From Balanoglossus misakiensis (lineage: Eukaryota; Animalia; Hemichordata), in assembly GCA_040954595.2 (NCBI GenBank), contig CM082595.2, positions 2,527,943 through 2,591,942 of the forward strand: a stretch of DNA of 64,000 nt. The letters run 5' to 3'. The position numbers and the translations under genes were made by a program. This document shows, one piece after another, positions 25,929 to 38,199 of the stretch (positions are counted from its first letter, which is position 1; each line of letters starts with the position of its first letter). Under the pieces are notes generated by a model. That model did not search any database and was not told where the DNA came from. It saw nothing but the letters and a program-made list of their open reading frames with translations.

Positions 25929-28409
25929 ATGAGTTTCCTTGGCGACACTGAAGTCTGTGATTTCACACATTACCGACATTACGACGTTCTGAATGACGAC
26001 CTTCGACAGGATGTGACGTTCTCTCATCACTCGTTACGGCTCCAAGTTCAGCAGAGTCCGAGATCCGAAGACGAAGATGGCAACAACGACGACGACGTCT
26101 CGGAGAGCGAGCTCTACAGACGGCAGGTGGAGCAGCAGCACGCAGATGAAGAACGAGAACGCGAACACACGCCACCTTCGGTCGAACACGGCGCTGATCC
26201 GTTCAAATCCTCGCACCCTGCGGTCAAAAAGATCTGGCATTTCATCGGGAAGGTGTTCGCAAATCCGGTCGTCGCCGCTTTCATCTTGATCTCCTTCAAG
26301 CTGCTTGTAGCACTACTTGTGTGGCACTCGTTAACGCACTATAAACTTCCACACATAGACATATCGTTAGATGCGTTCCAGATACCCAACCATCCCAGCT
26401 CGCTTCGGCAAGACGCGTTCGACACTGCCTTCAAGGACATGGTGTCCCGGCATCGAAGAGACATTTCCGACACGGAGCATATGATTTACACAGAAGAGCA
26501 GAAGCAGTCAGTTGAATCCATTTACACAAAGCTTTTTCGCAAACATATAGTTAAAGACCTTCCCAGTTTTCCTGGGGAAAGCCGCGACAAGCGGGAAATC
26601 ATTCTGGAGAGACACCGGATTCCCCGCTGGAAGATGACTCTTGTCTACTTAGCCAAAGGGCAAAACCACGACAACATATTTACCAGTGAGAGACTACAGA
26701 AGATCCACGAAGTTGAACAGAAAATCATGGGACATGAAAAATTCACTGATTTCTGTGTGAAGAATTCCGTTTCATACAAAGACGACGCTCTGAAGGCTAT
26801 CGATAACTGTGCTCCTGTCAATTCTTTGATGACCTATTTCTTTCCGTCAACTGTGAGTAACCAGGTGAGTAGAAGATCAAGAAACTAACCGTGTAGCTTT
26901 AAATAACTCTGAACTGCATGTTACTTCTCGATGCTCTGGAGAAACTGGCTTTGTACATGTATATGTGTTTTGCACATGTTTCTGTCATCCTATCCTAAGT
27001 AGACATACTTTCTGTGTTTTGCTATATGAATTATGTAAATAAAAATAAAATAAATTTTCTTTCTTATTACTAGGTCCAGTATGATGGCATGGGTGCCCAT
27101 CTTGCAGACATCAATGGCAGTCTCACCAAAGCCATGTCACATCCTTCTTTCTACTGGTATGTTGATGAGAACATGTCCAAGCACAACCCCAAAAGTAAAC
27201 TTCTTCGCAGTGAGGTAGGTGAAAACTAGGCAGATGTAATTTCAGTTCCAATTGTGTCTTTTTCGATGGTATTTGTATATTTGGACAGATGAATACTACT
27301 TCATTGATCAGTCCAAAAGACTTTGTACATGTTGTGAGTGAGTTCAAATGCCTCTTTCAGGTGTTGTTTGGAACGCCGATCGGAGATTTCATGTGGCCGG
27401 ATGGAATCCGAAAAACCGACGCAGAGCAACATGAAGAGTTCAGGAATTTCATCGTGTCCTACGTCAACATGCTTGACAAACAATCTACAGAGTAAGTGTC
27501 TTGTCCATCAGTTGTCTAAGTTACTATGTTATATATTGCAACTAGCTAGCTGCAGTTTGGTGGAGTAGGGGGCCAGATTACTCTGAGGCCAGTGTAGTAA
27601 AACTCTGTGGGTGGTGCACATATGTCATACAAAATGGAAGAATGAATGGTTCTTGACTAATCAGAACTTTTTATTCAATGGTGTTGATGAAATGTTTGTA
27701 TGTCAGACAATGCAGTTACAAGTTACTCCACTGTTTCATATGTTGTAACTGGCTTTGATGAAATGTCTATGCAGTGTTGTGTAGCTTTCAGTGACAGTTT
27801 GATGTCTCTCTCCTTTTACAGATCCATAATCGTGCTTTATGGGGGCACAGAGCTGTTCGACTGGGAAGTGGAGCAGACATTCTATCACGATATCTCCATG
27901 GGCAGCATCAGTGCCTGTCTCATCTTCCTTCTGGTGTTCACACTCACATCTTTCTCCCTCTGGTTGACCATCTATGGTTTCATCAGCATCATCACCAGTT
28001 TCGGCCTGGCCTTTGTCACCTACAGGGTGGGCTTTGCCTATGAGTCTTTTGGCATACTTAACGGCATTTCAATATTTGTCGTGATCGGTATAGGTAAGTA
28101 CTTTTGATATCTTGAAGAACCCATTAAAATTTAATCATTACTCATTAGCAAGCCAGTCCTGCTTTTGTTTTCCAAATGGCACCAAAACAAGTGAATTCAT
28201 TTTGACATCATTCGTCTGTTATTATCAGTAATCATATACCCAGTGATGGAACACGTTGGAACTCACTACCTGATGACATTCGTCTAGCTACCAGTCTAGA
28301 CTCTTTTAAGGGGAAACTGAAGACTCACTTGTTTAAAACAGCCTACAGTGTGTGAACAACCATCGGGCGCCACTGAACAGTTCTCTGGATATTGGCGCCA
28401 TATAAATGT

Positions 28410-28441
<32 letters not shown>

Positions 28442-31400
28442 TTCTGTTCTCTTTCCCAGGTGTTGATGATGTTTTCGTTTTCATAAACACTTTCCGACAA
28501 TCCAAACATATACAGACATTGCATGAGAGAATGGCGTTCACGATACGAACCGCGGGCACCGCTACTTTATTTACTTCATTTACAACAGCAGCTGCGTTTG
28601 GTGCAAATATTTCTTCCCAGGTAAGTCACAAAAGATTGTCTTTATCATAAATGGTGTTCCTGTATCAAGATTAGCTTTAAGTCAACATTGTCAAACTTGG
28701 AATTGGTCTCCTATATGATTATGTTACTAGTATGCGAACTAGTGACCACTTCTGATCTTTTAGCTTAGATCCTTTACACTGACACCCCCATTTCCCTTTG
28801 TAGAGGTCCAACTCTACCATAGACAACAATGGGTTTGGACCAAACCATGCTGGTAAAAGGTGAATCCTAACACACTTATATATTTTCTTCACAGATACCA
28901 GCAATTCATGACTTTGGCTTGTTCATGGCACTGGTTGTTTCTGGCTGCTGGTTCACTGTCATTCTCATCATGCCTCCTGCTCTGTGTATATGGCACTATC
29001 TGTTTGAACCATGTGAGAAATTATGGTAAGTTAATTAGTTATCAGTTATTGCCTATATATTGCCAATTAGCGTACACCAAAATGAAACTGCTCATCCACC
29101 CATTATTTATGAAATTTCTGAAACCTTTGTAAGTAATTTTGGTCCTTCTGTTTGCAGTTATAAACCATGTTCCAAGAAATCAGACTCGGAAGCAAACAGA
29201 CCTTCTCGACAGCTCTATATGGTTCTGGCCCGCGAAGATCTGTCTAACAGGCAGCCACAAGTCTCCCATGGCAACACGATTGATGACAGCGATGACACTG
29301 ACATACAGATGCTTGATATTGAAGACAGCGGAGTTGGAGGTGAGTATACGAAAAATTCTGTGTGTGTGAAGTTGGCTACTTACAAAGCATACACAATCCT
29401 GCATAAAATACCAAACAGACATAATTTTTTGACACCATGTATGTTGAATAATGGGGTGGCTTGTATTAAGCTTATCTGTACAAGTCCGTTGAAAGTACAA
29501 GCAAGTAACAGCCATGAAATATTTACTCCTAATATTTCATGTATGTTTATTACCTCACAGATATGAGTTTACTCAATGACGACGATGATGTCCCATTGCT
29601 GGACTTCGGAAGCCCTTCCAATCAAAGCCCAGTGGATCTGACAGAGAAGGGAAAAGGCTGTGGCCTCACTACACTTTCTGTCTCTCTCCAACACTTCCTG
29701 TATAGAAAGATTGGTCTTCCAGTTATCAGGGCAAGATTCTATGTTGTTGGTGAGTCTTCCATATACACATCATTTCATATTTTTCAGAGATTCTGTACTG
29801 CTATCTGCAGACGATGTTCTGTATCGTGTCACAGTGTCTGAGTGCATGTGTGTAACTGTCTGTCAGTCATGATAAGATTTGTGAAGGATGGCTTGCATAC
29901 TTTTAGTAATGCTGTCTTCGCATCCTTCCATATTTCATACTCATCATAAGTAGACCTTAGTTTTGTCCCTTCTTTTAACCCAATTGAACTGTACTCTATA
30001 GATGTACTAATCACTCATGTTAAATGTTTGTTTTTTCAGCATGTTACATTCTGGTGTTGATCTCCTCTGCGGCTCTACTCAGTCAGTTGAAGCCAGCCTC
30101 CAAGCCGCCAGCATTGTTCAAACAAAACACGAACCTGCAACAACTCCTGAACATCGCCTACAACTTCAGCGGTGAAGACATCCACTGCGACAAGTGTTCC
30201 GGTCTCTTTGTGGAGGACCCAGTGACCGTTCCGGATTCCGCGACGCAAACCGCGGTCATCATCCCCCCCAGAGGGACAGGTACGGGAAAAGGGGGACCGA
30301 GTACGAAGTCCGCCATTTCGCGAGACTTGACGACAACGGTTCCAACAATGCCACCTCCTGTTGCCAAGGAAACAACGAAACCAAGTAAGTGTCATTTGAG
30401 GGACAAAGTTTCTCACTTCTGAGATTATTTTGTCTAGTTAAGTTTCTTTTTAATATTGGTCAGGTTCTAAAATTGTTTTGTAGGGGGCATTCACATGCTA
30501 ATCCTATATCCAAGGTGGTAGCAATTGGTGAGTGACCAAAATGAAACTTAAGTAACCAAAATAACATCAGAGTGAGTAATTTTGTCTCTGTACAAATGTG
30601 GCACTTTTTATTTGGTCTATCAAACTTGTCAAAAGTGAGGGACTCTGAAGCTTTTCAGATGTGGCTCTTGCATTAGGTGTCCTGCACTTGGAATTTCCAT
30701 ATCTGTGTTATCTCCAAAACTTGAGTGCTTTAGTCTTTAGTAAGTCTTAAGTAAGACTAAGAGTGTGGTTATTCTATGTCCATCTAATTAGACTGTTGAG
30801 AGTAATGGGGACTTTACCACAAATTATACAGCTTGTATTGGCCAATGAGGTTTCAGCTATCAAACAGACTGTGTATAAACCAATTTGGTGGCAGCTCTCA
30901 ATCATTCCTTGCATCTCATTATTGTGTGTTTTCTCACTTGTAGGGATCACTTGTAAAGACATCAAGTGCAAGTTTGGCGCGACGTGTAAAGAGAACAAGT
31001 ATGGCAGTTTGATCGCTGGCTGTGACTGTGACCTTGGGTGTAATTCAAAGGTCAACGCTCCTGTCTGTTCGACCGATGGTGTGACGTACGACAACGAATG
31101 TCTCTTGGACTCTGATAGATGCGTCAATCAGAAGACAATTTATGTGCTTCACAAAGGACCGTGCAAGTCAGGTAAGCAAACTCATCTCATTTGTAAGAAG
31201 TGTCCAGGTAGCAGATATTATCTAAAGGGGGTTACCGTCTTGATTCTCAAGGGACTCCATGACATTAGAAGAAACCCATTGTAATCTACATGCATACACG
31301 TGCATACACACAGTCATACATACACACACATCAATTATTCAACAGGGCAGTGTTGTGTACGACAAACCATTGGACTTCACAGATCCTTCCATAATCAAAC

Positions 31401-34400
31401 AGCTCTGCACCATCTGCAAGAATATCGCAGCCAGTCCCTCTTTTAGAGCATAAATACTTTTTCCTTCAGATATTCCACCACCAGCAACACATGGCACGGA
31501 CGACCATGGAGGAGATGACCACAATATTCCAGACACCCACGGAGGTAGTGGGAACAAACCTCTTCCAAGCCAGGCTTCCCCAGACACCGGCTACAACCCC
31601 TGCGCGAATGATGGTTGTGGCAAGGCTGCAGATCGTCCGATCCTCAACAATGGCGCTATGGTGTACGTGGTGTTCGGCATTAAACACATCGACCGAAGTA
31701 ACATGACAGGCGAACATGTCCTCTCCGAAGGCAGGGTAAGTTTGCTTCGTAGTACATTGTGTTATCACAGTGATGTACTGGTAGATATGTTTTGTGACAG
31801 CTGAGTTAGATATTCAGAAACAGCTGGGAACAACCCCTAGTTTTGTCATATAAACCTGTAATTTTTATGGCAACTGGCTATCAAATATGTATCATTTTTT
31901 CTGAGTAACCTTTGGCAGTTAAATTCAAAGTACAATGTATGAAATATCAATTCATGTTCTATTTTATGAGCAAAACCTCATTATTTGCCAATCTTTGAAA
32001 TTATCAACAGGGCAGTGTTGTGTACGACAAACCACTGGACTTCACAGATCCTTCCATAATCAAACAGCTCTGCACCATCTGCAAGAATATCGCCGCCAAG
32101 TCGAGTCCAAAACTTGTCAAGGATGGAGGAGCTCAGTGCTATCCACCAGGTGAGAAAATATTGTTTAAGAACAATTTGACTTTCCCAAAGATTATCATGA
32201 AAAAAATTGAAAAATTGTGATAAAATTTTTTGAAAAATCATGATTAGTTTTTGTTGGTCAACATTTTTTTGGTACAGTTTGCAAGGTCAGATAATGACCA
32301 CTGGACTCTTCAAAGTGTTCACTAAATGTTTTCTTTATTTTCTTCACAAACAGGGTATGAGAACGACATTCCCTTGTTTGCCAGTCTCTATCCGGAGTGT
32401 CGGGATTTGCCGGTGCCCAGACTGCTTGCCGGACAGAGATCGCACGCAGTGGCTCAGAGACAGGAAGGTGGTAGTCTTCTCTTCAAATGGTATGCCATGG
32501 CTTTTGAATCGGTAAGTGTCTAGCTTTCTTCGCTATCAAATGAAGTCAGACGCGTTCAGGTGGCAGTTACGTTCGCGTTCAGATTTCCAGATGACGGGCA
32601 ACTTCAGCAACGTGGACTTACGTGGTGCAGACAAAGACTGTGCAGACGAAATGCAATGAGGCTGATGAGGCAACATACCCGATACATGTTATGTGTTTGG
32701 CGGTTCTAAAGTAAAAACATACTCGGAAAAACTTTTACTGGATGCCGAAATATTGCTTGCCCGTCATCTGGAAATGACTGCGCCATGTGACACATTGCCA
32801 GATCACGTGATTGATAGTAAAGAATTAAAATCAGATCACCTGCATTAACCCTTTCACCACTATGGTTTGGTCCACATCCAGTGTTTTCTATGGTAAAGTT
32901 TGACCTCTATAGAGGGGAATGGGGGTGAAAGGGTTAACATTGAACTTCACAGGCATATGCATGATTCTTCAGAACAAATGTCAAGCTCCAACTATTGCAG
33001 TATTACATGTTCGTTTACGCCTGTTTTTCTGTGTACCATTGACCATCAGTTTTGCCTACTCGTATGCAGTGACTTTTTCCATGAATGTTCACAAGTTCTT
33101 AAATACAGTCTCTATAAATGTTATCTTTTTTCCCCACCAGACAACGTTCAAAGGCAAATCTTCCTTCTCTGCTTACGAAGACTACTTAGAATGGGAGAAA
33201 CTGTTGAGTTCCGAGATCAACAAGCTTCCCAGTGATTCTCCCCTGAGAAGCGGGTTCCAGACGTGTGATTTCTGGAAGCAGATGTTCATGGAAGTTTTGG
33301 GCGTCACCAGTGCCATATACGGATTGGTGTTTTCCTTACTGGTGTGTGTTGTATCGGTGGCCATCTTCACAGGGCATATTACACTCTCGCTGATTGTTAT
33401 GCTGACTATCTTAGGTAAGTTGGCTGGCCACCCCTCTGCCTTCATACAGTTTGGTACAGTCTTTATGTATTCAACAATGGAACAGTCCACTCGTAGACCC
33501 TAACAGGGAGTAAACCTAATAATTTCACTCTCAGATACATTCCAAAGATTTGTCCGTGTACAAGCTGACATCAAATCAACCATGATGATCAATTTTTGTG
33601 GAGAATTTGTAATGCAAATTTCAATCCTGTATTTGCAATTTTGTTTTAGTTCATTAATCTCAGTGCTTTATTTCATGGATATATGGTTTTTTTCCTCTTC
33701 CAGGTGTAATTATGTTTGCTGTTGGAATGTTTTATACGTTTGGCTGGGAAATGGGGGCTGTGGAAGCTCTATCTCTCTCCATACTTGTTGGCTCCTCTGT
33801 CGATTATTGCGCCCACTTGGTAGAAGGATACCTGTTGGCCGGTTCATTCTTGCCAGCTAATCTGCATACGGTAAGAACCAATGTCATTGCATGTGTAAAA
33901 ACATTTATTTGACGATTAGCGAGCAGTGTAGTATCAATATGGTAACATTTTCTGTGTTATTCAAGAAGGTTCTATGACTGAAGAAATCTTTCCAAGCACA
34001 GGTAGCAGAGATCATCTCATGAAGACAGATTCGAAGACCAGTTTTATTATTTTTTTCACAGAACAAGGAGAAACGACAGTGGCGAACTGGAGCGGCCATC
34101 AGCCATATTGGTGTGTCCATATTCAGCAGTGCCATCACTACCATTATAGCTGCCATACCGTTATGTATGGCCACCATTGAACCATTTGCAAAATTCGGTG
34201 AAATCGTGGCCCTTAATACTCTACTCTCCATTCTGTACACCCTAACTGCCTGTGTAGGGTTCCTTAGTATTTTTGCTCCCTCATCTTACACATGGAATGT
34301 CAAATGGCTACTTGTTACTCTTATTATAGTTGCTGTTGGGATAGGGAGTCTTTTTGCTGCCGCGTACATAGCTTTCGTCTTAGGGGTGCCCATTCCTGGC

Positions 34401-34436
34401 CCCACAGGTGACTCGTTGTTTCCCCATCGTGGTTGA
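25929..34436 (+). CDS. DISP3: Dispatched homolog 3 (DISP3/PTCHD2)-like RND/sterol-sensing-domain membrane protein with an inserted follistatin/Kazal domain; 16 coding exons
   Basis: Exons: 25929-26864, 27074-27214, 27361-27491, 27822-28093, 28460-28620, 28895-29025, 29158-29339, 29561-29749, 30040-30384, 30944-31171, 31470-31735, 32011-32149, 32354-32511, 33141-33414, 33704-33870, 34062-34436. Peptides I recognise as DISP3-type: YDGMGAHLADINGSL..HPSFYWYVDE..LLRSEVLFG, LYGGTELFDWEV, GIGVDDVFVFINTFRQ, TAGTATLFTSFTTAAAFGANISSQIPAIHDFGLFM, GWEMGAVEALSLSILVGSSVDYCAHLVEGY, PFAKFGEIVALNT. Confidence 0.94.
28254..28440 (+). mobile_element. 5'-truncated L2/CR1-group LINE 3' end in DISP3 intron 4
   Basis: Translates as WNSLPDDIRLATSLDSFKGKLKTHLFKTAYSV*, the typical WNxLP...FKxxLKTxLF C-terminus of L2/CR1 ORF2. 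It is followed by a short 3' UTR and a (TGAT)n tail. Confidence 0.85.
28772..28864 (-). mobile_element. ~90-bp piggyBac-like MITE, copy 2 (diverged, inverted)
   Basis: The reverse complement aligns by eye with the copies at 17252-17344 and 32845-32937 (ATGGTTTGGTCCAAACCCATTGTTGTCTATGGTAGAGTTGGACCTCTAC...). Confidence 0.7.
31346..31431 (+). pseudogene. Partial, out-of-order duplicate of DISP3 exon 12 lying in intron 10
   Basis: CAACAG|GGCAGTGTTGTGTACGACAAACCATTGGACTTCACAGATCC...AAGAATATCGC is almost identical to 32005-32093. It lacks the exon's 3' end and donor. Confidence 0.85.
32583..32775. mobile_element. MITE-like element with 19-bp perfect terminal inverted repeats (DISP3 intron 13)
   Basis: ATTTCCAGATGACGGGCAA (32583-32601) and TTGCCCGTCATCTGGAAAT (32757-32775) flank ~155 bp of non-coding sequence. 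Confidence 0.6.
32845..32937 (+). mobile_element. ~90-bp piggyBac-like MITE, copy 3 (best preserved)
   Basis: TTAA-CCCTTTCACC ... GGTGAAAGGG-TTAA: TTAA target site on both sides and CCC...GGG terminal inverted repeats. Confidence 0.8.
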
Positions 34437-34452
34437 TGAAAACATTATTGAA

Positions 34453-34663
34453 AGGGGAATTATTTGATTTCTGGGGGTGGGGGGGGGGGGGTTTGGTTAT
34501 GTCAGTAATTTTTTTCCCCAACCAGTTACAGCAATTTTTTTTTCTATGGCCAGTCCTTTTTCTCAAGGCATTGCAGATTTTTTTCCCACCTAACCATCTG
34601 CTAACAGTTATTTTTCCCAAAAACCTCCATCCCCCCCCCCCCAGAAAAAAAATGGTTCTCCCC
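34453..34663. mobile_element. Poly-G/poly-C MITE-like insertion just after the DISP3 stop codon
   Basis: Imperfect inverted ends GGGGAATTATTTGATTTCTGGGG(G)n ... (C)nAGAAAAAAAATGGTTCTCCCC around an internal T-rich region. Confidence 0.5.
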
Positions 34664-36987
34664 ATAGCAGAAGCATTACTCCAAATGTATATATTCTCAT
34701 TTTATTACATGTTCCCCTGGCATCTCTATCAAAGATTTTCAAGTATGTGTTCTTCCTGATATGTGGATCAAATAATCCAAACATTAACTGAAGATATATA
34801 TGTATATTTTCATAGATTTTAATCAACATTGTCATCAGAAATTTTAGTATTTAACCCTAGAAGGAAAATGGGCTATTTTGATTTTACGTTTGCGTGCTAG
34901 CGTTTTGAAATTGCAGGTGTTTAACGAAAAAATGTAGTGACCAAATTAGAAGTAGAACGTACATTCACTTTAGCTGAAAGAAAGTTTCGACTACTTACAA
35001 GAAGAAGTCAAGTTAAAAGAAATTTTTTGAGGTGTTTATGTATTGCACAATTTTGAGATTTTTTTTGTGAAGAAAACAATTGTGTGAAGGAAGAAAGTTT
35101 TTGACGAATTTGGGATCATGGGTTTGTTTGAAATACTCAAGTAAGTTGTTTGAAATAATGTGTGCGACCAGATCCTGTGAACAGTGACAGTGCGTGATGA
35201 GGGCTGTTATTTTTATTTACAAGCACATATTTGCAAACTTTTTGTAGCCGTATAGAGATAAAAAGTTAAAGAAAGTTCTTTTTGTTACCTCATCTCAAAT
35301 GATGGACATTTCTGATTCAATCCACAGTAACCTTACAAATCATGTGAGTTGAATTCACCTAACTTTATCATAAAATCATGAAATGGTACAAACTAGATAT
35401 GATCATTCTTTCCCATATATTCTATAAAGTCTCTTTGGAATTGAGATATAATTATTCTTTGTGTGTTTTAAAATACTTTTTATGATGTTTAGCAGAAAAT
35501 TATGAACTATCATACCATAAAACTATCAACTTGCACTGTTGTATAATTAAAAAATGATGTATGAAATTCACAGCATGTCATCTCAACTTTAGCATTTTGC
35601 TCGCAAACGAAAAATCAGTTTGTTGGATATTCCCATTAGTAATGAGAATCAAGAAACAAATTATCACAGTTGTAATTTTCCTTTTAGAATAATGTAGTCT
35701 CTGTACTATTTTTTTGATTCAGACAAAAGAGGAAATATAACTGGAACCTGAATGGCGGACATATTGTCTCAGTATTTCGCTTAATTGACCTGAAAAAATA
35801 AACAAAGTCATAACCGATTAGAAATGTGATAAATCAGCTAGGAACACAATTTCAAACTTGTGTGACTTCTAAATTAAGTGAAATTGTAAATATAAATTTG
35901 GTTCTATCAGATGTATTTCAACCACCAACCCTTGCATAAAATGGAACAGAGATATTGGATCTGTTTCGTGTTGTCCAAATCACGCCTAAATTACTCATAT
36001 TTTCTTGGCTACAGTGAAATTAATATGTTTTATTGGAGCAGTTGCCATAATTGTTTTTTTTTCTAGTGAGTTTATTGTAGTAATTGATTGCTTTTTCTTG
36101 ATTGGTTTATTTGAATGATTGCAAGTCCCTGATTGGCTGTTTCCTGCATGAACACAGCTGCTGTGCTGGCTCTCAATTAGCATACATCTATGCAAATCAC
36201 TATCTACAGTATTCCTATCAGCAGTCTGTGAATGGTCAGTCTGTCAAAACAAAATTTGTTTAACAATAGAAGCCCAACAGATTATGAATATGTATCAGTC
36301 AGAGCATGCAGAGAGGCGGTGTGGTTGAAGGCCAATTTTTCGTGTCCATGTTTTCTCTAAATTTCCCAGTGAAAAACTCCATTTTACCTTCCCATTTTCC
36401 ACACAAGCACAATGCTCTTCACTGAAAATGTTACTACATTGTATTTGAGGTAAGTCATGGTTTTGTTTTTCTTTTATTTTGTGAACAGAATCATGTCAGT
36501 CTTCAAGTCGATAGAATTTTCCAGAAGCATGCATGGGATGGCTTTCACTCAAGCACATGGTGATATGGTGTTATTTTGTGCCAATGGCTAAAACCTTTGT
36601 CCAACTTTGAATCAACATGCAGTTCAAAACTTGCTTGTTTATGTTTCTCTAAATTCACAAATGCAACTTGTGAGAATTTCATTTCTGTCATTTGAGAGGT
36701 GTAATTGTATTTGTCAGTCTCAAACTTGTTTTTCTTGTCATTTATTCAGAACAACGTTGTGGATGCAACACTTCACCAAGCCCCAACATGGTGGTCTTCA
36801 ATGGAGCAGTGCAGTGAAGGTACGTCACTCAGTCAATAGGATTTAGTCAGTCAGATGCATTGATGGCAGACAATCGTGTTCATGTAAATGATGTTGCTAG
36901 ATAATATTTTATTGCAATGTATTTTCATTGGGGCAGTTGTCCATCAAATTAGTCAGTGTCTAAACAGTCTTTTATTTGAGTAAATTA

Positions 36988-37517
36988 CTGATCTCTGTGG
37001 CTGTTGCGAGGTTGTCTGGATAGCCATATGAAGTAACAGTCTTGGTGCATGGTCATCTTATTTGACCATCCCCAGAGGTCAGGTGTTCTGATCTCTGTGG
37101 CTGTTGCGAGGTTGTCTGGATAGCCAAATGAAGTAACAGTGGTCATCTTATATTGGATGATCCCCAGAGATTCATGTAGTATAATCTGCTAAACTGATAG
37201 TTGTAAACATACAGCAATATTTACTGCAGTTTCTGTCAGGAGAGTCGCACAAAACTGTTTAATTTAAAGTTCAATATCTGACTACTTTAATGTTCCTTTG
37301 TAGCATTAACGCAAATTTTGGCGGCCATTTTGAAATTCAAATTTGAGAATGTTTCTCAGTAAATTTTGGCGGCCATTTTGAAATTCAAATTTGAGAATGT
37401 TTCTCAGTAAATATATAGCAATATTTCTGCAGTTTCTGTCAGGAGAGTCGCACAAAACTGTTTAATTTAAAGTTCCTTAGTAAATTTTGGCGGCCATTTT
37501 GAAATTCAAATTTGAGT
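36988..37517. repeat. Cluster of local direct duplications (~100-bp pair, ~60-bp pair, three copies of the GGCGGCCATTTTGAAATTCAAATTTGAG unit)
   Basis: CTGATCTCTGTGGCTGTTGCGAGGTTGTCTGGATAGCC at 36988 and 37088. GCAATATTT(A/)CTGCAGTTTCTGTCAGGAGAGTCGCACAAAACTG at ~37214 and ~37418. Confidence 0.85.
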
Positions 37518-38022
37518 GTGTTTCTAGTTAAAAAATTTGCAGTGTTCCTCACTTTATTCAAATCTGAAATTGCCTTTAGCATGTTCCGAGTCAGGTACTT
37601 CCATAAGGGATGTTAATTTCCAGTCAATTCAGAAGACTTTGATCCAGTTCCTAAAATAGCATAATGCAATTTCATTGCATTTTAGATAAAAATCACAGCT
37701 AGTGTTCGTAATGAATGTCAGGGTCACCACAAAGACAGAACAGACAATTTCTCTTGAGTAATGCAATTCTTTTATTTACTTAATAAAATAAGCGGACAAG
37801 TTTGAAATGCTCTGACAATAATAGAAATAGGCAGTCTAGAATGTGTGCATGTATAACTGTCAATAGTTTTAAAACTTAGGAATATTGTACGATTGATAGA
37901 TTCCAAAACTGAATTAAATCTTAATTGATGTGTACAACCGAGTCCATGGCAACCTCCCTGCACCTAAGGACGAAAATAAAATTAGATTAGGAGAATAACT
38001 TAGCAATGTAATTGTGTGTGTG

Positions 38023-38199
38023 TCTTACTTCGATTGAGCTAAGTTAAATTTTTTTTTACAAGTGCATTACGGGCATCCTAATCTATGCATGATCTTTTCT
38101 AATGCAAAAATGTTTTGCATCTGAAAAGATCTTGCATAGATTAGGATGCCCATAATGCACTTGTAAAAAAAAATTTAACTTAGCTCAACCGAAGTAAGA
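38023..38199. repeat. ~177-bp near-perfect palindrome
   Basis: Left arm TCTTACTTCGATTGAGCTAAGTTAAATTT...GGGCATCCTAATCTATGCATGATCTTTTC pairs with right arm GAAAAGATCTTGCATAGATTAGGATGCCC...AAATTTAACTTAGCTCAACCGAAGTAAGA. Few mismatches and a tiny loop. Confidence 0.95.

Noticed and set aside
26890-27055. Possible second LINE 3' end with an A-rich tail in DISP3 intron 1
   Set aside because: No diagnostic peptide or TSD is visible, so it is too weak to call.
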